DNA of 64,000 nt from Candidatus Limnocylindrus sp. (GTDB taxonomy: Bacteria > Chloroflexota > Limnocylindria > Limnocylindrales > Limnocylindraceae). Below the pieces are notes generated by a model. That model made no database searches. It was not told the DNA's origin and worked only from the letters and a program-made list of their open reading frames with translations. The translations under genes were made by a program, and so were the position numbers. The DNA is taken from positions 53,850 through 117,849 of the forward strand of contig JBBAWJ010000001.1 of the NCBI GenBank assembly GCA_040397255.1, read 5' to 3'. Shown here in pieces: positions 1 through 8,720 of this stretch. Within the stretch, counting starts at the first letter, position 1, and every line of letters starts with the position of its first letter.

Positions 1-206
1 ACCCCATCGCTGGAGACCCAACCTATGGGAACGGCACCAGTCGACGCGGTCCCGATGCAACAACGCGCCTCTTCCTTCACGCCTGGAAGATCGTCTTTGC
101 TCACCCGCGGGATGGACGCTTGATGCGCCTCGAGGCCGTGCTCCCCGCCGACCTGCAGGCGCCCCTTGATGCGCTACGGTTGCACTCCAGCAGAGGGGAG
201 GGGTGA
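1..206 (+). CDS. RluA-family pseudouridine synthase, C-terminal fragment (5' end lies upstream of window)
   Basis: Frame-3 translation ...GDPTYGNGTSRR...RLFLHAWKIVFAHPRDGRLMRLEAV... matches the conserved C-terminal block of RluA/RluD-type pseudouridine synthases. Stop TGA at 204-206 overlaps the gmk start. Confidence 0.6.
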   Translation, partial: PIAGDPTYGNGTSRRGPDATTRLFLHAWKIVFAHPRDGRLMRLEAVLPADLQAPLDALRLHSSRGEG

Positions 207-829
207 TGGAGCCACAGCGACGAGCCGGGGCACCAGGCGCCCAGGTGATCGTGATCTCCGGGCCGAGCGGCGTGGGCAAAGACACCATCATCAACGAGCT
301 GCGCCGCCGCCCAGTGGGCCAAACCTTCCACTATGTCGTCACCTGCACGACCCGACCACCCCGAACCGGCGAGATGAACGGTGTCCACTATCACTTCCAG
401 AGTCGCGAATCGTTTGATGCCCTGAACGCCGCGGGCGAACTCCTTGAGGCGGCCACCGTGCACGATCGCTCGTACGGAACGCCCCGCGACGAGGTGCGCG
501 GCGCGCTAGCGCGCGGGGAAGATGCGCTCTGCAAGATTGATGTGCAGGGTGCGCGAAGCCTGCGAAAGGTGATCCCTGAAGCGATTCTGATCTTCGTGGC
601 ACCCCCATCCCCAGAGGCGCTCGCGGAGCGCCTTGCCGGTCGTGGCACCGAGACGGCCGATGAGCTGGTGACGCGCGCGCGGAACGCGATTACGGAGATG
701 GAACGCGCGCAGGAGTATGACTATCTGGTGTTGAACGAGACTGGTTATCCCGAGGAGGCCGCGGCTCAGGTCGAGAAGATTGTCCTCGCCGAGCGTGCGA
801 AGCACCCGGAGCGTCGGATTTCGGTGTGA
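203..829 (+). CDS. gmk: guanylate kinase
   Basis: P-loop ISGPSGVGKDT. Guanylate kinase-like sequence throughout (…YHFQSRESFDAL…). 208 aa. GTG 203 or ATG 206 start overlapping the upstream stop. Confidence 0.9.
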   Translation: MMEPQRRAGAPGAQVIVISGPSGVGKDTIINELRRRPVGQTFHYVVTCTTRPPRTGEMNGVHYHFQSRESFDALNAAGELLEAATVHDRSYGTPRDEVRGALARGEDALCKIDVQGARSLRKVIPEAILIFVAPPSPEALAERLAGRGTETADELVTRARNAITEMERAQEYDYLVLNETGYPEEAAAQVEKIVLAERAKHPERRISV

Positions 830-3255
830 CCGGGGGCGCCGAGCCTCACGTGGCCCCTCCGATGACGGTCGTTCGCGTTGCCGTCGATGTGCCAGGAGCT
901 CCTGGCGAGCGACTCTACGACTACCTTGCCGGTGACGTGACCCACGCCACCGTTGGCGATGGCGTGATCGTGCCGTTTGGCGGACGGCGCGCGATTGGCA
1001 TTGTGGTGGCTCTCAATCCAACAGATCTGCCGCCAGTGGGGATCATCCTCAAACCGATTGAGGGCCGACTCGGCAGTGCGCCGCTCGTTACCCCTCTGCT
1101 CATGTCGCTTGCGGAGACCATTGCAGCGCGTTGGGCCGCACCGATCGCCACCACCGTGCGTTCGCTCCTACCAGCTGGGATGCTCGATGCTGTCGTGCTG
1201 GAGTCGCGCAGGGTAGGAGAGGCGAGCGAAACCTCTGCGCGCATCGGGCTTGGCGAGGAGTGGGTGGCTGTAGAGCGTCTCACGGGAGCGCGCGGCAAGA
1301 CACGGGCAGCAACACTGAAGAGCCTCCGCCAACTGGAGCTACTTGGCGAGGCGGAGCGTCGCTGGTCACTGGTACGTCGCGGTGCGCAGAGCCTCGACAC
1401 GACCTTCGCCTCGTTGATCACGGATGTTGCCCCTGCGATCCTGGAGGCGATGCGACTCGGTAGCCGACAGGTTGCCGCAGTGGAGCAGCTCACCGCAGCG
1501 GCACGCAGTGATGATCCTTGGATCGCCGCGAGTGCACTCCCCGGAGGCCTCCCAACGGCGCGCCGACTCGCCGATGCTGGCGCTGTGCAACTTGAGGTTC
1601 GGCGCATCCAGCGACGGCATGCCGATCGGAGGAGTACGCCAGTTGATGGCGCGGGGTCCGAGATCACCCTGACTAGTGTGCAGTGTGAGATTGCTGATGC
1701 CGTCTGTGCGCGCAGTGCGGCGGGGGAGACGCTGCTCGTTGATGGCCCACCTGGCTCTGGCAAGAGTCGCGCGGCCGCCGATGCTGCGGTGCGGATGATC
1801 GCCGCTGGTCGATCGGTGCTCTGGCTGGTGCCAGAGGCGGCGCAGGTGGCGATCGCTGCGGACATGCTCGCCGCTGCTGGCGGCGCGCCCGAGCCGATCC
1901 ACTCAGGCCTCAGTGCTGGTGAGCGCCTCGATGCACACGACCGACTCCTTGAGCCGGGACCGCATCTCGTCGTCGGCACGCGCGTCGCCCTCGGTGCCTT
2001 GCGTGACGAGGTTGGCCTTGTTGTTGTGGACGAAGAGCATGAGAGTGCCTATAAATCTGATCGCACACCGCGACTGCATGCGCGTGAAGCGGCGCGTGAG
2101 CTGGCACGCCTTGCTGGCGCTGCGACCCTTTTTCTGAGCGCTACCCCTGCAGTTGAGTCGCTGGCGCGCGCCGAGATCGAGGGCTGGCGCCGCTTCACGT
2201 TGACGCGACGTACTCCAGCTCCTCTCGTTGAGGTGATTGATCTGCGGCAAGAGCTCGCCGATGGGTGGCGCGGCATGATGAGCCGCTCGCTGCTCGAACG
2301 CCTCACTGCGCTGGATTGGAGTGGGGGATCACAGGCGCTCCTGATCATTAACCGCCGCGGATTGGCCTCGGCGCTCCTCTGCCGTGACTGTGGTGCAGCG
2401 CAATCGTGCCCCTCATGCGAGCGGCCACTGGTGCTCCATAGCGCCGGATCGCTGCTGCGCTGCCACGGCTGCGGCATTGCAGCGGAGCCACTCACTCGCT
2501 GCCCTTCGTGTAGTGGGGCACGTATTCGCGCGTTGGGTGGTGGCACCGAACGCCTCGAGGCCGAGGTGCGTGCGGCGCTCCCCGACGTGGTTGTTGATCG
2601 CCTCGATGCAGACGCGGCATCGGCGATCGGCTCTGGCGACCGCATTCTTGATGCGTTCCGTAGTGGCCGAACGCAGATCCTCGTCGGCACCGCCCTCGCC
2701 GCCAAGGCGCTTGACCTGCCGGCGCTGGCGCTGGTCGGCATCGTCTCGGCTGACACGGGCCTCCTCCTCCCCGACGAGCGGGCGGCGGAGCGCGCAGTCG
2801 CGCTGGTCGTTCAAGCGGTAGGGCGACTCGGACGCGGTACAGAGGCCGGTGTGGCGGTCATTCAAAGCTACCGCCCCGAAGACCCCGCGATCACGGCGGC
2901 CGTGGAGATCGCCCGCGGGGGGAGTGTCGACGCCTGGCGTGCCCGCGAGATCGGTTTGCGAAAGGCGGCCGGTGGCGCGCCATTCTTGCGCACGATCAAG
3001 GTCAGTTCGGCGGCGGCAACCGCGGCCGCGGCACGGCGCAGCATCGAAGGGTTGGCAGCCACCCTCCGCACCGCTGCGGCAGCGGGAGGCGACGATCAGG
3101 CGCGCATTCTCGGGCCGATCCCCGCATGGGTACCGCGGCGGGCTGGGCGCTGGCGGGAGAACTTGATCCTTCGTGCCGCGAGCATTGAGCCGTATCTACC
3201 GCTGATCCGTGGACGCGACCTCACGGTCGATGTGGACCCAGAGACGCTCCTGTAA
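826..3255 (+). CDS. priA: primosomal protein N' (replication restart helicase PriA)
   Basis: Walker A DGPPGSGKS and DEEH box (VVVDEEHESAYK). C-terminal Cys-rich zinc-binding region (CRDCG…CPSCERPLVLH…CHGCG…CPSCSG). 809 aa. The true start may be ATG 862 (MTVVRVAVDVPG). Confidence 0.9.
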   Translation: MTGGAEPHVAPPMTVVRVAVDVPGAPGERLYDYLAGDVTHATVGDGVIVPFGGRRAIGIVVALNPTDLPPVGIILKPIEGRLGSAPLVTPLLMSLAETIAARWAAPIATTVRSLLPAGMLDAVVLESRRVGEASETSARIGLGEEWVAVERLTGARGKTRAATLKSLRQLELLGEAERRWSLVRRGAQSLDTTFASLITDVAPAILEAMRLGSRQVAAVEQLTAAARSDDPWIAASALPGGLPTARRLADAGAVQLEVRRIQRRHADRRSTPVDGAGSEITLTSVQCEIADAVCARSAAGETLLVDGPPGSGKSRAAADAAVRMIAAGRSVLWLVPEAAQVAIAADMLAAAGGAPEPIHSGLSAGERLDAHDRLLEPGPHLVVGTRVALGALRDEVGLVVVDEEHESAYKSDRTPRLHAREAARELARLAGAATLFLSATPAVESLARAEIEGWRRFTLTRRTPAPLVEVIDLRQELADGWRGMMSRSLLERLTALDWSGGSQALLIINRRGLASALLCRDCGAAQSCPSCERPLVLHSAGSLLRCHGCGIAAEPLTRCPSCSGARIRALGGGTERLEAEVRAALPDVVVDRLDADAASAIGSGDRILDAFRSGRTQILVGTALAAKALDLPALALVGIVSADTGLLLPDERAAERAVALVVQAVGRLGRGTEAGVAVIQSYRPEDPAITAAVEIARGGSVDAWRAREIGLRKAAGGAPFLRTIKVSSAAATAAAARRSIEGLAATLRTAAAAGGDDQARILGPIPAWVPRRAGRWRENLILRAASIEPYLPLIRGRDLTVDVDPETLL

Positions 3256-3259
3256 CGCT

Positions 3260-3268
3260 TGCTAGAAT
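3260..3268 (+). promoter_or_regulatory. extended -10 element TGcTAGAAT, 6 nt upstream of the def ATG (leaderless candidate)
   Basis: TGCTAGAAT at 3260-3268 and ATG at 3275. No room for an SD. Confidence 0.45.
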
Positions 3269-3274
3269 CTCGCC

Positions 3275-3826
3275 ATGAGTGTTCGACCGATCCTGCTCCT
3301 CGGTGACCCGCGGCTCCGCCTCCCTGGCGCGCCCGTGGAGAGTTTTGGCAAGCTGCTGCACTCCCTTCTCGATGATCTTACCCACACGATGCGCGCCGCG
3401 CCAGGGGTCGGACTCGCCGCTCCACAACTGGGTGAGCCGATGAACGTCGCCGTTGTGGAGGCGAAGGGGAAGACCTATGAGTTGGTGAACCCACGCATCG
3501 TTCGCGACACTGGTGACCAGACCGACCTTGAGGGCTGCCTCTCGATTCCCGGATACGTCGCCGAGATCACGCGAAGAGAGCGCGTCTGGGTTGAGGCGCA
3601 GGATCGCAACGGCCGCCCGTACAAGTTCAGCGAGCAGGGGTTCTTGTCCCGCGCAGTGCAGCATGAACTCGACCACCTCGCCGGCACCCTCTACATCGAT
3701 TATCTCGACTCGATGGATCAGCTCATCGCCGTCGATGAGGACGACGACGAGGAGCCAGGCGATTCAACTGAGGCCGCCGTCGTTGCACGGCGCCGCAAGG
3801 CGCTGCGAGGGCATAGTCACAAGTAA
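3275..3826 (+). CDS. def: peptide deformylase (with acidic C-terminal tail)
   Basis: Def motifs GVGLAAPQLG, EGCLSIPG and QHELDHLAG. ATG sits 6 nt after a TGcTAGAAT -10-like element, suggesting a leaderless mRNA. C-terminal tail DEDDDEEPGDSTEAAVV…. Confidence 0.9.
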   Translation: MSVRPILLLGDPRLRLPGAPVESFGKLLHSLLDDLTHTMRAAPGVGLAAPQLGEPMNVAVVEAKGKTYELVNPRIVRDTGDQTDLEGCLSIPGYVAEITRRERVWVEAQDRNGRPYKFSEQGFLSRAVQHELDHLAGTLYIDYLDSMDQLIAVDEDDDEEPGDSTEAAVVARRRKALRGHSHK

Positions 3827-3830
3827 TCGT

Positions 3831-4769
3831 CTAATCCTATTTGGCAGTGGCGGATTCGCCGTCCCGTCGTTCTGCGCCGTTGCTTCGGACCCCCGTTTTG
3901 AAATCACCGCTGTGGTGACGGCGCCGCCACGCGCCGCCGGCCGAAGCGGTGCACTCTTGCCGACCCCTGTCAATACCTGGGCGAGCGGTGCCGGACTACG
4001 GGTTGAACACGTCGCCAAGGTTCGTGACGCAGCAGCAATTGAACGAATCAAATCAATCGGTGCAGAGGCGGCGCTGCTTGCGGATTTCGGTCAGATCATT
4101 CCTGCGGCGCTCCTGGATCACTACCCACGCGGCATCGTCAACCTGCATCCGTCACTTCTGCCACGACATCGCGGCGCGAGCCCGATTCCCGCAACGATCC
4201 TCGCTGGCGATCGCGAGACGGGAGTCTCCATCATCGTGATGGATCAAGGGGTTGACACAGGGCCAATCATTGCGGTGCAGCATCTGCGAACGCGTCCAGC
4301 TGTCACCGCCGCAGAGCTTGAGGCAGAACTCGCCGAACTCGCCGCCGTGGGCGTCGCCGACACCCTTGCAACATGGCTGCAGGGGAGTGAGGCGGCACGC
4401 CCCCAGGACGTCGATGGTGCGACACAGACGACGCGCCTCGCCCGTGCCGATGGCCGGATTGGCGCAGGAGCGACCTCCGAGTCGGCGTTGCGGATGTGGC
4501 GGGCGTATCAGCCATGGCCAGGCGTCTGGGTTGAAATCCCTGGCCTGGTCGATCGGCTGATCCTGTCGAGCGTCAGCCCGGCAGAGGGAGGTGCTCCAGT
4601 CGCCCTCGGTGGGCTCGAGCTGCACGACGGCACGCTGCTCCTCGGCCTTGCGGGTGGAACGCTGCGCCTTGACCGCGTGACCCCCGCTGGCGGCAAGAGC
4701 ATGACGGGAGGGGAGTTCGCAAGAGGGCGTCTGGGAGAACTCCTCGCGCATGGGAGAATCGCAGAATGA
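3831..4769 (+). CDS. fmt: methionyl-tRNA formyltransferase (start codon unresolved)
   Basis: The conserved Fmt N-terminus LILFGSGGFAVPSF…VVTAPPRAAGRSG begins at about 3831. Formyltransferase core NLHPSLLPRHRGASPI. No ATG/GTG/TTG is in frame at the expected position. The only upstream in-frame ATG (3735) overlaps def by 92 nt. Confidence 0.75.
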   Translation, partial: LILFGSGGFAVPSFCAVASDPRFEITAVVTAPPRAAGRSGALLPTPVNTWASGAGLRVEHVAKVRDAAAIERIKSIGAEAALLADFGQIIPAALLDHYPRGIVNLHPSLLPRHRGASPIPATILAGDRETGVSIIVMDQGVDTGPIIAVQHLRTRPAVTAAELEAELAELAAVGVADTLATWLQGSEAARPQDVDGATQTTRLARADGRIGAGATSESALRMWRAYQPWPGVWVEIPGLVDRLILSSVSPAEGGAPVALGGLELHDGTLLLGLAGGTLRLDRVTPAGGKSMTGGEFARGRLGELLAHGRIAE

Positions 4770-5983
4770 AAGAGACAGCGGCAGCAGGAGGATCGCAGCG
4801 CCCCCTCAGCCTCTCTGACCTCAACGTGAACCAGCTCGCCGCGCGAGTGAGCGACCTTGGCGCTGAGTCGTATCGGGTCACACAGGTTCTCGATGGTGCG
4901 TGGCGTTCCGTGGCTACCTCCTGGAGCGAGGTGACAACACTCGGAAAGCCGCTCCAAGAGCGTTTGGCGGGCGAGATCCGCTTCAGTGCCTTCGATGAGA
5001 TTGAGCGACAAGAGGCTGAAGATGGCGCCACCACGAAGTTGCTCCTCACTCTCTCTGATGGAGCGAAGGTTGAAGCGGTGTTAATGCGTTCTCCCGCTGA
5101 CCCGCGCCGAGGGTCAGGGCCACGTGCCACCGTCTGTGTCTCCAGTCAGGCGGGATGCGCGGTCGGCTGCCCATTCTGCGCCACGGGTGAGCTCGGCTTC
5201 ACCCGCAATCTCAGCGCGGGCGAGATCCAGGACCAGGTGCGCATCGCACGCCAGATCCTCCGTACCGAGGATCGCGAGCTGACCAACGTCGTCTACATGG
5301 GAATGGGGGAGCCGCTGCAGAACATTGATGCCGTCTTTGCATCCATTGATGGCCTCACCGATCCGGCACGGGGCGGGATCGGGCAGCGCCGCATCACCGT
5401 CTCCACCAGCGGCGTCGTGCCCGGGATTGAGCGACTCGCCAAGCAGCGCCCGCAGATCACCCTCGCCGTCTCCTTGCATGCGGCACGTAACCCGCTGCGC
5501 GATCTCCTTGTACCGCTCAATCGCAAGTGGCCAGTTGAGGCGGTCATCGCCGCCGCAGACGGGCATTCGCGTGCCACGGGGCGCCGCACCACCTACGAGG
5601 TCACGATGATCGACGGCATCAATGACCGAGCGGAGGATTCCGCGGCGCTCGCCTCACTGCTGCGCGGGAGCGGCGCGCATGTGAACTTGATCCCCATGAA
5701 CGCCGTTGCGCACACCCCGTGGCAGGAGTCCACGCCGGAGCGCATCGAGCAGATCGCCAATCAGCTCCGCGCTGCTGGCCTGACGGTGACCGTGCGCCGC
5801 AATCGTGGCCGCGAGGCGGGCGCCGCATGTGGGCAGCTCGCCGCCGAGAAGGCGGGCGCACCGACGCCTATTGCCGTTGCCCGTCGTCGCGAGTTACTGG
5901 TAGCGGCGAGCGCCGCCGCCCTGCAAGGGCAGCGCACCGCACAGCCGATTGCCCCATCTGGGCCGCTGGGCGGTGATGCATGA
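4766..5983 (+). CDS. rlmN: 23S rRNA/tRNA m2A methyltransferase RlmN (radical SAM)
   Basis: Radical-SAM motif CVSSQAGCAVGCPFCATG plus RlmN-like flanks. ATGA overlap with the fmt stop. Confidence 0.9.
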   Translation: MKETAAAGGSQRPLSLSDLNVNQLAARVSDLGAESYRVTQVLDGAWRSVATSWSEVTTLGKPLQERLAGEIRFSAFDEIERQEAEDGATTKLLLTLSDGAKVEAVLMRSPADPRRGSGPRATVCVSSQAGCAVGCPFCATGELGFTRNLSAGEIQDQVRIARQILRTEDRELTNVVYMGMGEPLQNIDAVFASIDGLTDPARGGIGQRRITVSTSGVVPGIERLAKQRPQITLAVSLHAARNPLRDLLVPLNRKWPVEAVIAAADGHSRATGRRTTYEVTMIDGINDRAEDSAALASLLRGSGAHVNLIPMNAVAHTPWQESTPERIEQIANQLRAAGLTVTVRRNRGREAGAACGQLAAEKAGAPTPIAVARRRELLVAASAAALQGQRTAQPIAPSGPLGGDA

Positions 5984-6660
5984 GTGGTGTACGCATCGAA
6001 ATTGCCGCGAGCATCTTGAATGCCGATCTTGGTGCGCTCCGCGAGGCGGTGCAGGCGGCAGAGGCGGCGGGTGTTGACCGGATTCATCTCGACATCATGG
6101 ATGGCCACTTCGTGCCAAATCTCACGTTTGGCCTCGCAACAGTTGAGGCGCTGCGCTCCGCAACCAAACTTCCGTTTGATGCGCACCTGATGATTCTCTC
6201 GCCGGGACTCTGGGCGACCCGCTACGTTGATGCTGGGTGTGAATCGGTCGCGATCCATGTTGAGGCGCCAGACCAGCACCGAGTGACCCTCGATGCAATT
6301 CGTGACAGCGGTGGGCGCGCCGGACTCGCACTCGACCCTGAGACGCCGATCGAGTCGCTGGTCCCATTTCGCGAGCAGCTGGACTTCGCCCTTGTCATGA
6401 CGGTGAAGTCAGGATTTGGCGGTCAGTCGTATCGGCCCGAGGCTGCTGCGCGCATGGCCGCGATCCGGGCACTTGTCGGTGAGCGAGATGGCCACCCGCT
6501 GCCACTCCATGTTGACGGCGGCATCAGCGCGACAACGGCGGGAGGCGCTGCGCGAGATGGGGCAGACCTACTGGTTGTAGGCAGCGCGCTCTTCTCGGCG
6601 CAGGACGCCAATGGTATGGGTGGAGCGGTTCGTGCGATCCGGGAGTCGGCGACCCGCTAG
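5980..6660 (+). CDS. rpe: ribulose-phosphate 3-epimerase
   Basis: IAASILNADLGALREAV…HLDIMDGHFVPNLTFG is the Rpe signature. ATGA overlap with the rlmN stop. Confidence 0.9.
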   Translation: MSGVRIEIAASILNADLGALREAVQAAEAAGVDRIHLDIMDGHFVPNLTFGLATVEALRSATKLPFDAHLMILSPGLWATRYVDAGCESVAIHVEAPDQHRVTLDAIRDSGGRAGLALDPETPIESLVPFREQLDFALVMTVKSGFGGQSYRPEAAARMAAIRALVGERDGHPLPLHVDGGISATTAGGAARDGADLLVVGSALFSAQDANGMGGAVRAIRESATR

Positions 6661-6673
6661 GGCCGCGGTCGGA

Positions 6674-6868
6674 TTAGGCGCCCTTGCTGGCCGTGCGACG
6701 GCAGCGGGTGCAGACCAGGACGCGCTTCGTGGTCGTTCCAACGGCGATCACCGTTGGCTGCAGGTTGGCGCGGAAGCGGCGGTGAGCCCGAACGCGGTTC
6801 ATCCCGACCGACTGGGGGTTGAAACCCGCGATCGAATCCTTGCCGCAGAGGGTGCAGAAGCGAGCCAT
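6674..6868 (-). CDS. rpmB: 50S ribosomal protein L28 (zinc-ribbon C+ form)
   Basis: MARFCTLCGK…KRRFRANLQ…VCTRC matches bL28. AAGGAG RBS upstream. The ORF-track N-terminal extension MSHWEPHHVRRLE is rejected. Confidence 0.85.
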   Translation of the reverse strand: MARFCTLCGKDSIAGFNPQSVGMNRVRAHRRFRANLQPTVIAVGTTTKRVLVCTRCRRTASKGA

Positions 6869-6981
6869 CTCTAATCTCCTTACGTGGTGGGGCTCCCAGT
6901 GGGACACGCCCGTCGTTCGTGCCGTATCGTAGCAGGTACGTCCGATGCCTTGCCCAGGCTCGGTTAAGGGAGGGAGCCCGC

Positions 6982-7032
6982 ATGAGTCGCACTGAGCAGA
7001 TCCAAGCGGCCGCAGGGGTCACCCTGAGATGA
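6982..7032 (+). CDS. 16-codon upstream ORF (MSRTEQIQAAAGVTLR) with strong SD, stop overlapping the yloV start (ATGA)
   Basis: A GGGAGGGAG Shine-Dalgarno sits 5 nt upstream of ATG 6982. The TGA at 7030-7032 overlaps the yloV ATG at 7029. yloV itself has no obvious SD. Confidence 0.3.
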   Translation: MSRTEQIQAAAGVTLR

Positions 7033-8720
7033 GCCGTAAGAGCTGGGATGGCGTCGAGCTGATGGCCGCCCTCCGATCGGGCCTCGAGCGCCTGGAGAGC
7101 CGCGTCGAGGAGGTCAATGCCCTCAACGTCTTCCCCGTACCCGATGGCGACACGGGGACCAACATGCTGGCAACCCTAAAGGCCGCCATCGCTGAAGGCG
7201 ACGCCTCGCTCGCAACCGGAGTGACGGCGATCGACGAGGTGAGTGCCGCGGTGGCACGTGGCGCTCTCCTTGGTGCGCGGGGCAACTCGGGCGTCCTTCT
7301 CTCGCAGATCCTCCGTGGACTCCCGCAGGCGGTCCGTGGCCGCCAGCGCGCCCGGGCAACCGAGATCGCGCAGTCACTCTCACTCGGCGTGCTGCACGCC
7401 TATTCGGCGGTGGCGACACCGACAGAGGGGACGATCCTCACCGTGGCACGTGAGGTCGCCGCTGCAGCGATGAAGGAGTCGGAGGGGGCATCAGAGCTGC
7501 GCCCATTCCTCGAGCACATCGCCGCCGCCGCTCGCATCTCTGTAGAGAAGACACCGACCCTGCTGGCCGTCCTCCGCGAAGCTGGCGTCGTCGACTCTGG
7601 CGGCGCAGGGTTGCAGCTGATCCTTGAAGGGATCGCCAATGTTCCCTCGGTGGCTCCATCGCGCGGCACTGTTGAAGCGGAGCGTCGCAGCTCCTCCCCC
7701 CCATCTTCTAAGCCCGCCGTCGCTGCAGCGCCAGTCGACGCCGCTCCTACAGAATTCGGCTACGAGACCGTCTTCATCCTGAGCTCGCCAACGACGCCGC
7801 TCGACCTCGCCGCGATTCGCGCCCACCTGGAGACGATCGGGGAGAGCGTGTTGGTTGCAGGCGATGAGGTGACCTGCAAGGTACACGTGCACAACCTGCG
7901 ACCCGACGAGGTCTTGGCGTATGGGATCAGCCTTGGCGATGTGCGTGCCGTCACGATTGAGAACCTCGACCAGCAGAGTGCAGAGCGAGCAACGGGGCAT
8001 GCGGCGTTCAATCAGTTGGCCGATGGACCACTGAGCGCCTCCCCACGCCCTGCAGCCGCGTCGCTCGGCCGTGGAACCTCCATCGTTGCCGTCGCCGCCG
8101 GAGCTGGTCTCGGCGATATCTTGCGCTCAGCCGGCGCATCGCAGATCGTTCACGGCGGCCAGACAGAGAATCCCTCTGCGGCGGAGATCGCATCAGCAAT
8201 CGCCCATGCCGGCACCGAGTTCGTTGTCGTTCTTCCGAACAACAGCAACATCGTGCTGGCGGCACGCCAGGCAGCCGACCTCTCAGCGGCGAACGTCGTG
8301 GTCATTCCAACCCGCAATGCCGCCGAAGGGATTGCCGCGCTCCTCTCGTGGGACCCATCCCTCTCGCTTGAGGAGCTCGTCCCGCGCATGGAGGCGGCTC
8401 GTGCTGCCGCACGCACCTTCCGTGTCGTTGAGGCTGTGCGGGACGCCGTTGTTCGTGGTGTGTCGGTGAAGGCCGGACAGATCATGGCGCTCGACCCAGT
8501 TGACGGGATCATCGCAACGGGAAGCAGCGACGTTGAGTCCATCGTTGCGGCGCTCGCAGGGCAGTCGGCAGATCTGATCACCCTCTACGTTGGTGCCGAC
8601 GTCTCAGACGAGCAGGCCACCGAATTTGTGAGCGCGGTGCGCGGCGCAATCGCTGGAGTCGAGGTCGACCTTCAGCACGGTGGCCAGCCAATCGAACGGG
8701 TGCTCGTGAGCTTGGAGTGA
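7029..8720 (+). CDS. DAK2-domain protein (YloV family, dihydroxyacetone-kinase-like)
   Basis: N-terminal DAK2 motif PVPDGDTGTNM. 563 aa. The rpmB-(Asp23)-yloV-recG neighbourhood is typical, but no Asp23/YloU gene is present here. Confidence 0.85.
   Translation: MSRKSWDGVELMAALRSGLERLESRVEEVNALNVFPVPDGDTGTNMLATLKAAIAEGDASLATGVTAIDEVSAAVARGALLGARGNSGVLLSQILRGLPQAVRGRQRARATEIAQSLSLGVLHAYSAVATPTEGTILTVAREVAAAAMKESEGASELRPFLEHIAAAARISVEKTPTLLAVLREAGVVDSGGAGLQLILEGIANVPSVAPSRGTVEAERRSSSPPSSKPAVAAAPVDAAPTEFGYETVFILSSPTTPLDLAAIRAHLETIGESVLVAGDEVTCKVHVHNLRPDEVLAYGISLGDVRAVTIENLDQQSAERATGHAAFNQLADGPLSASPRPAAASLGRGTSIVAVAAGAGLGDILRSAGASQIVHGGQTENPSAAEIASAIAHAGTEFVVVLPNNSNIVLAARQAADLSAANVVVIPTRNAAEGIAALLSWDPSLSLEELVPRMEAARAAARTFRVVEAVRDAVVRGVSVKAGQIMALDPVDGIIATGSSDVESIVAALAGQSADLITLYVGADVSDEQATEFVSAVRGAIAGVEVDLQHGGQPIERVLVSLE

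Noticed and set aside
921-1979. 352-aa reverse-strand ORF antisense to priA. Similar long antisense ORFs occur elsewhere, e.g. 2049-2756(-), 16994-18190(-) inside smc, 42256-43416(-) inside pnp, 58637-59995(+) across rny/recX/recA.
   Set aside because: They have Ser/Ala/Arg/Pro-dominated low-complexity translations and no recognisable motifs. They lie fully inside well-supported genes on the other strand. This is the typical open-frame artefact of about 68% GC DNA.
3513-3830. N-terminal 105 aa of the 418-aa ORF 3513-4769, which would make fmt overlap almost all of def.
   Set aside because: Translation is a Ser/Thr/Arg-rich out-of-frame reading of def. The conserved Fmt sequence begins only at about 3831.
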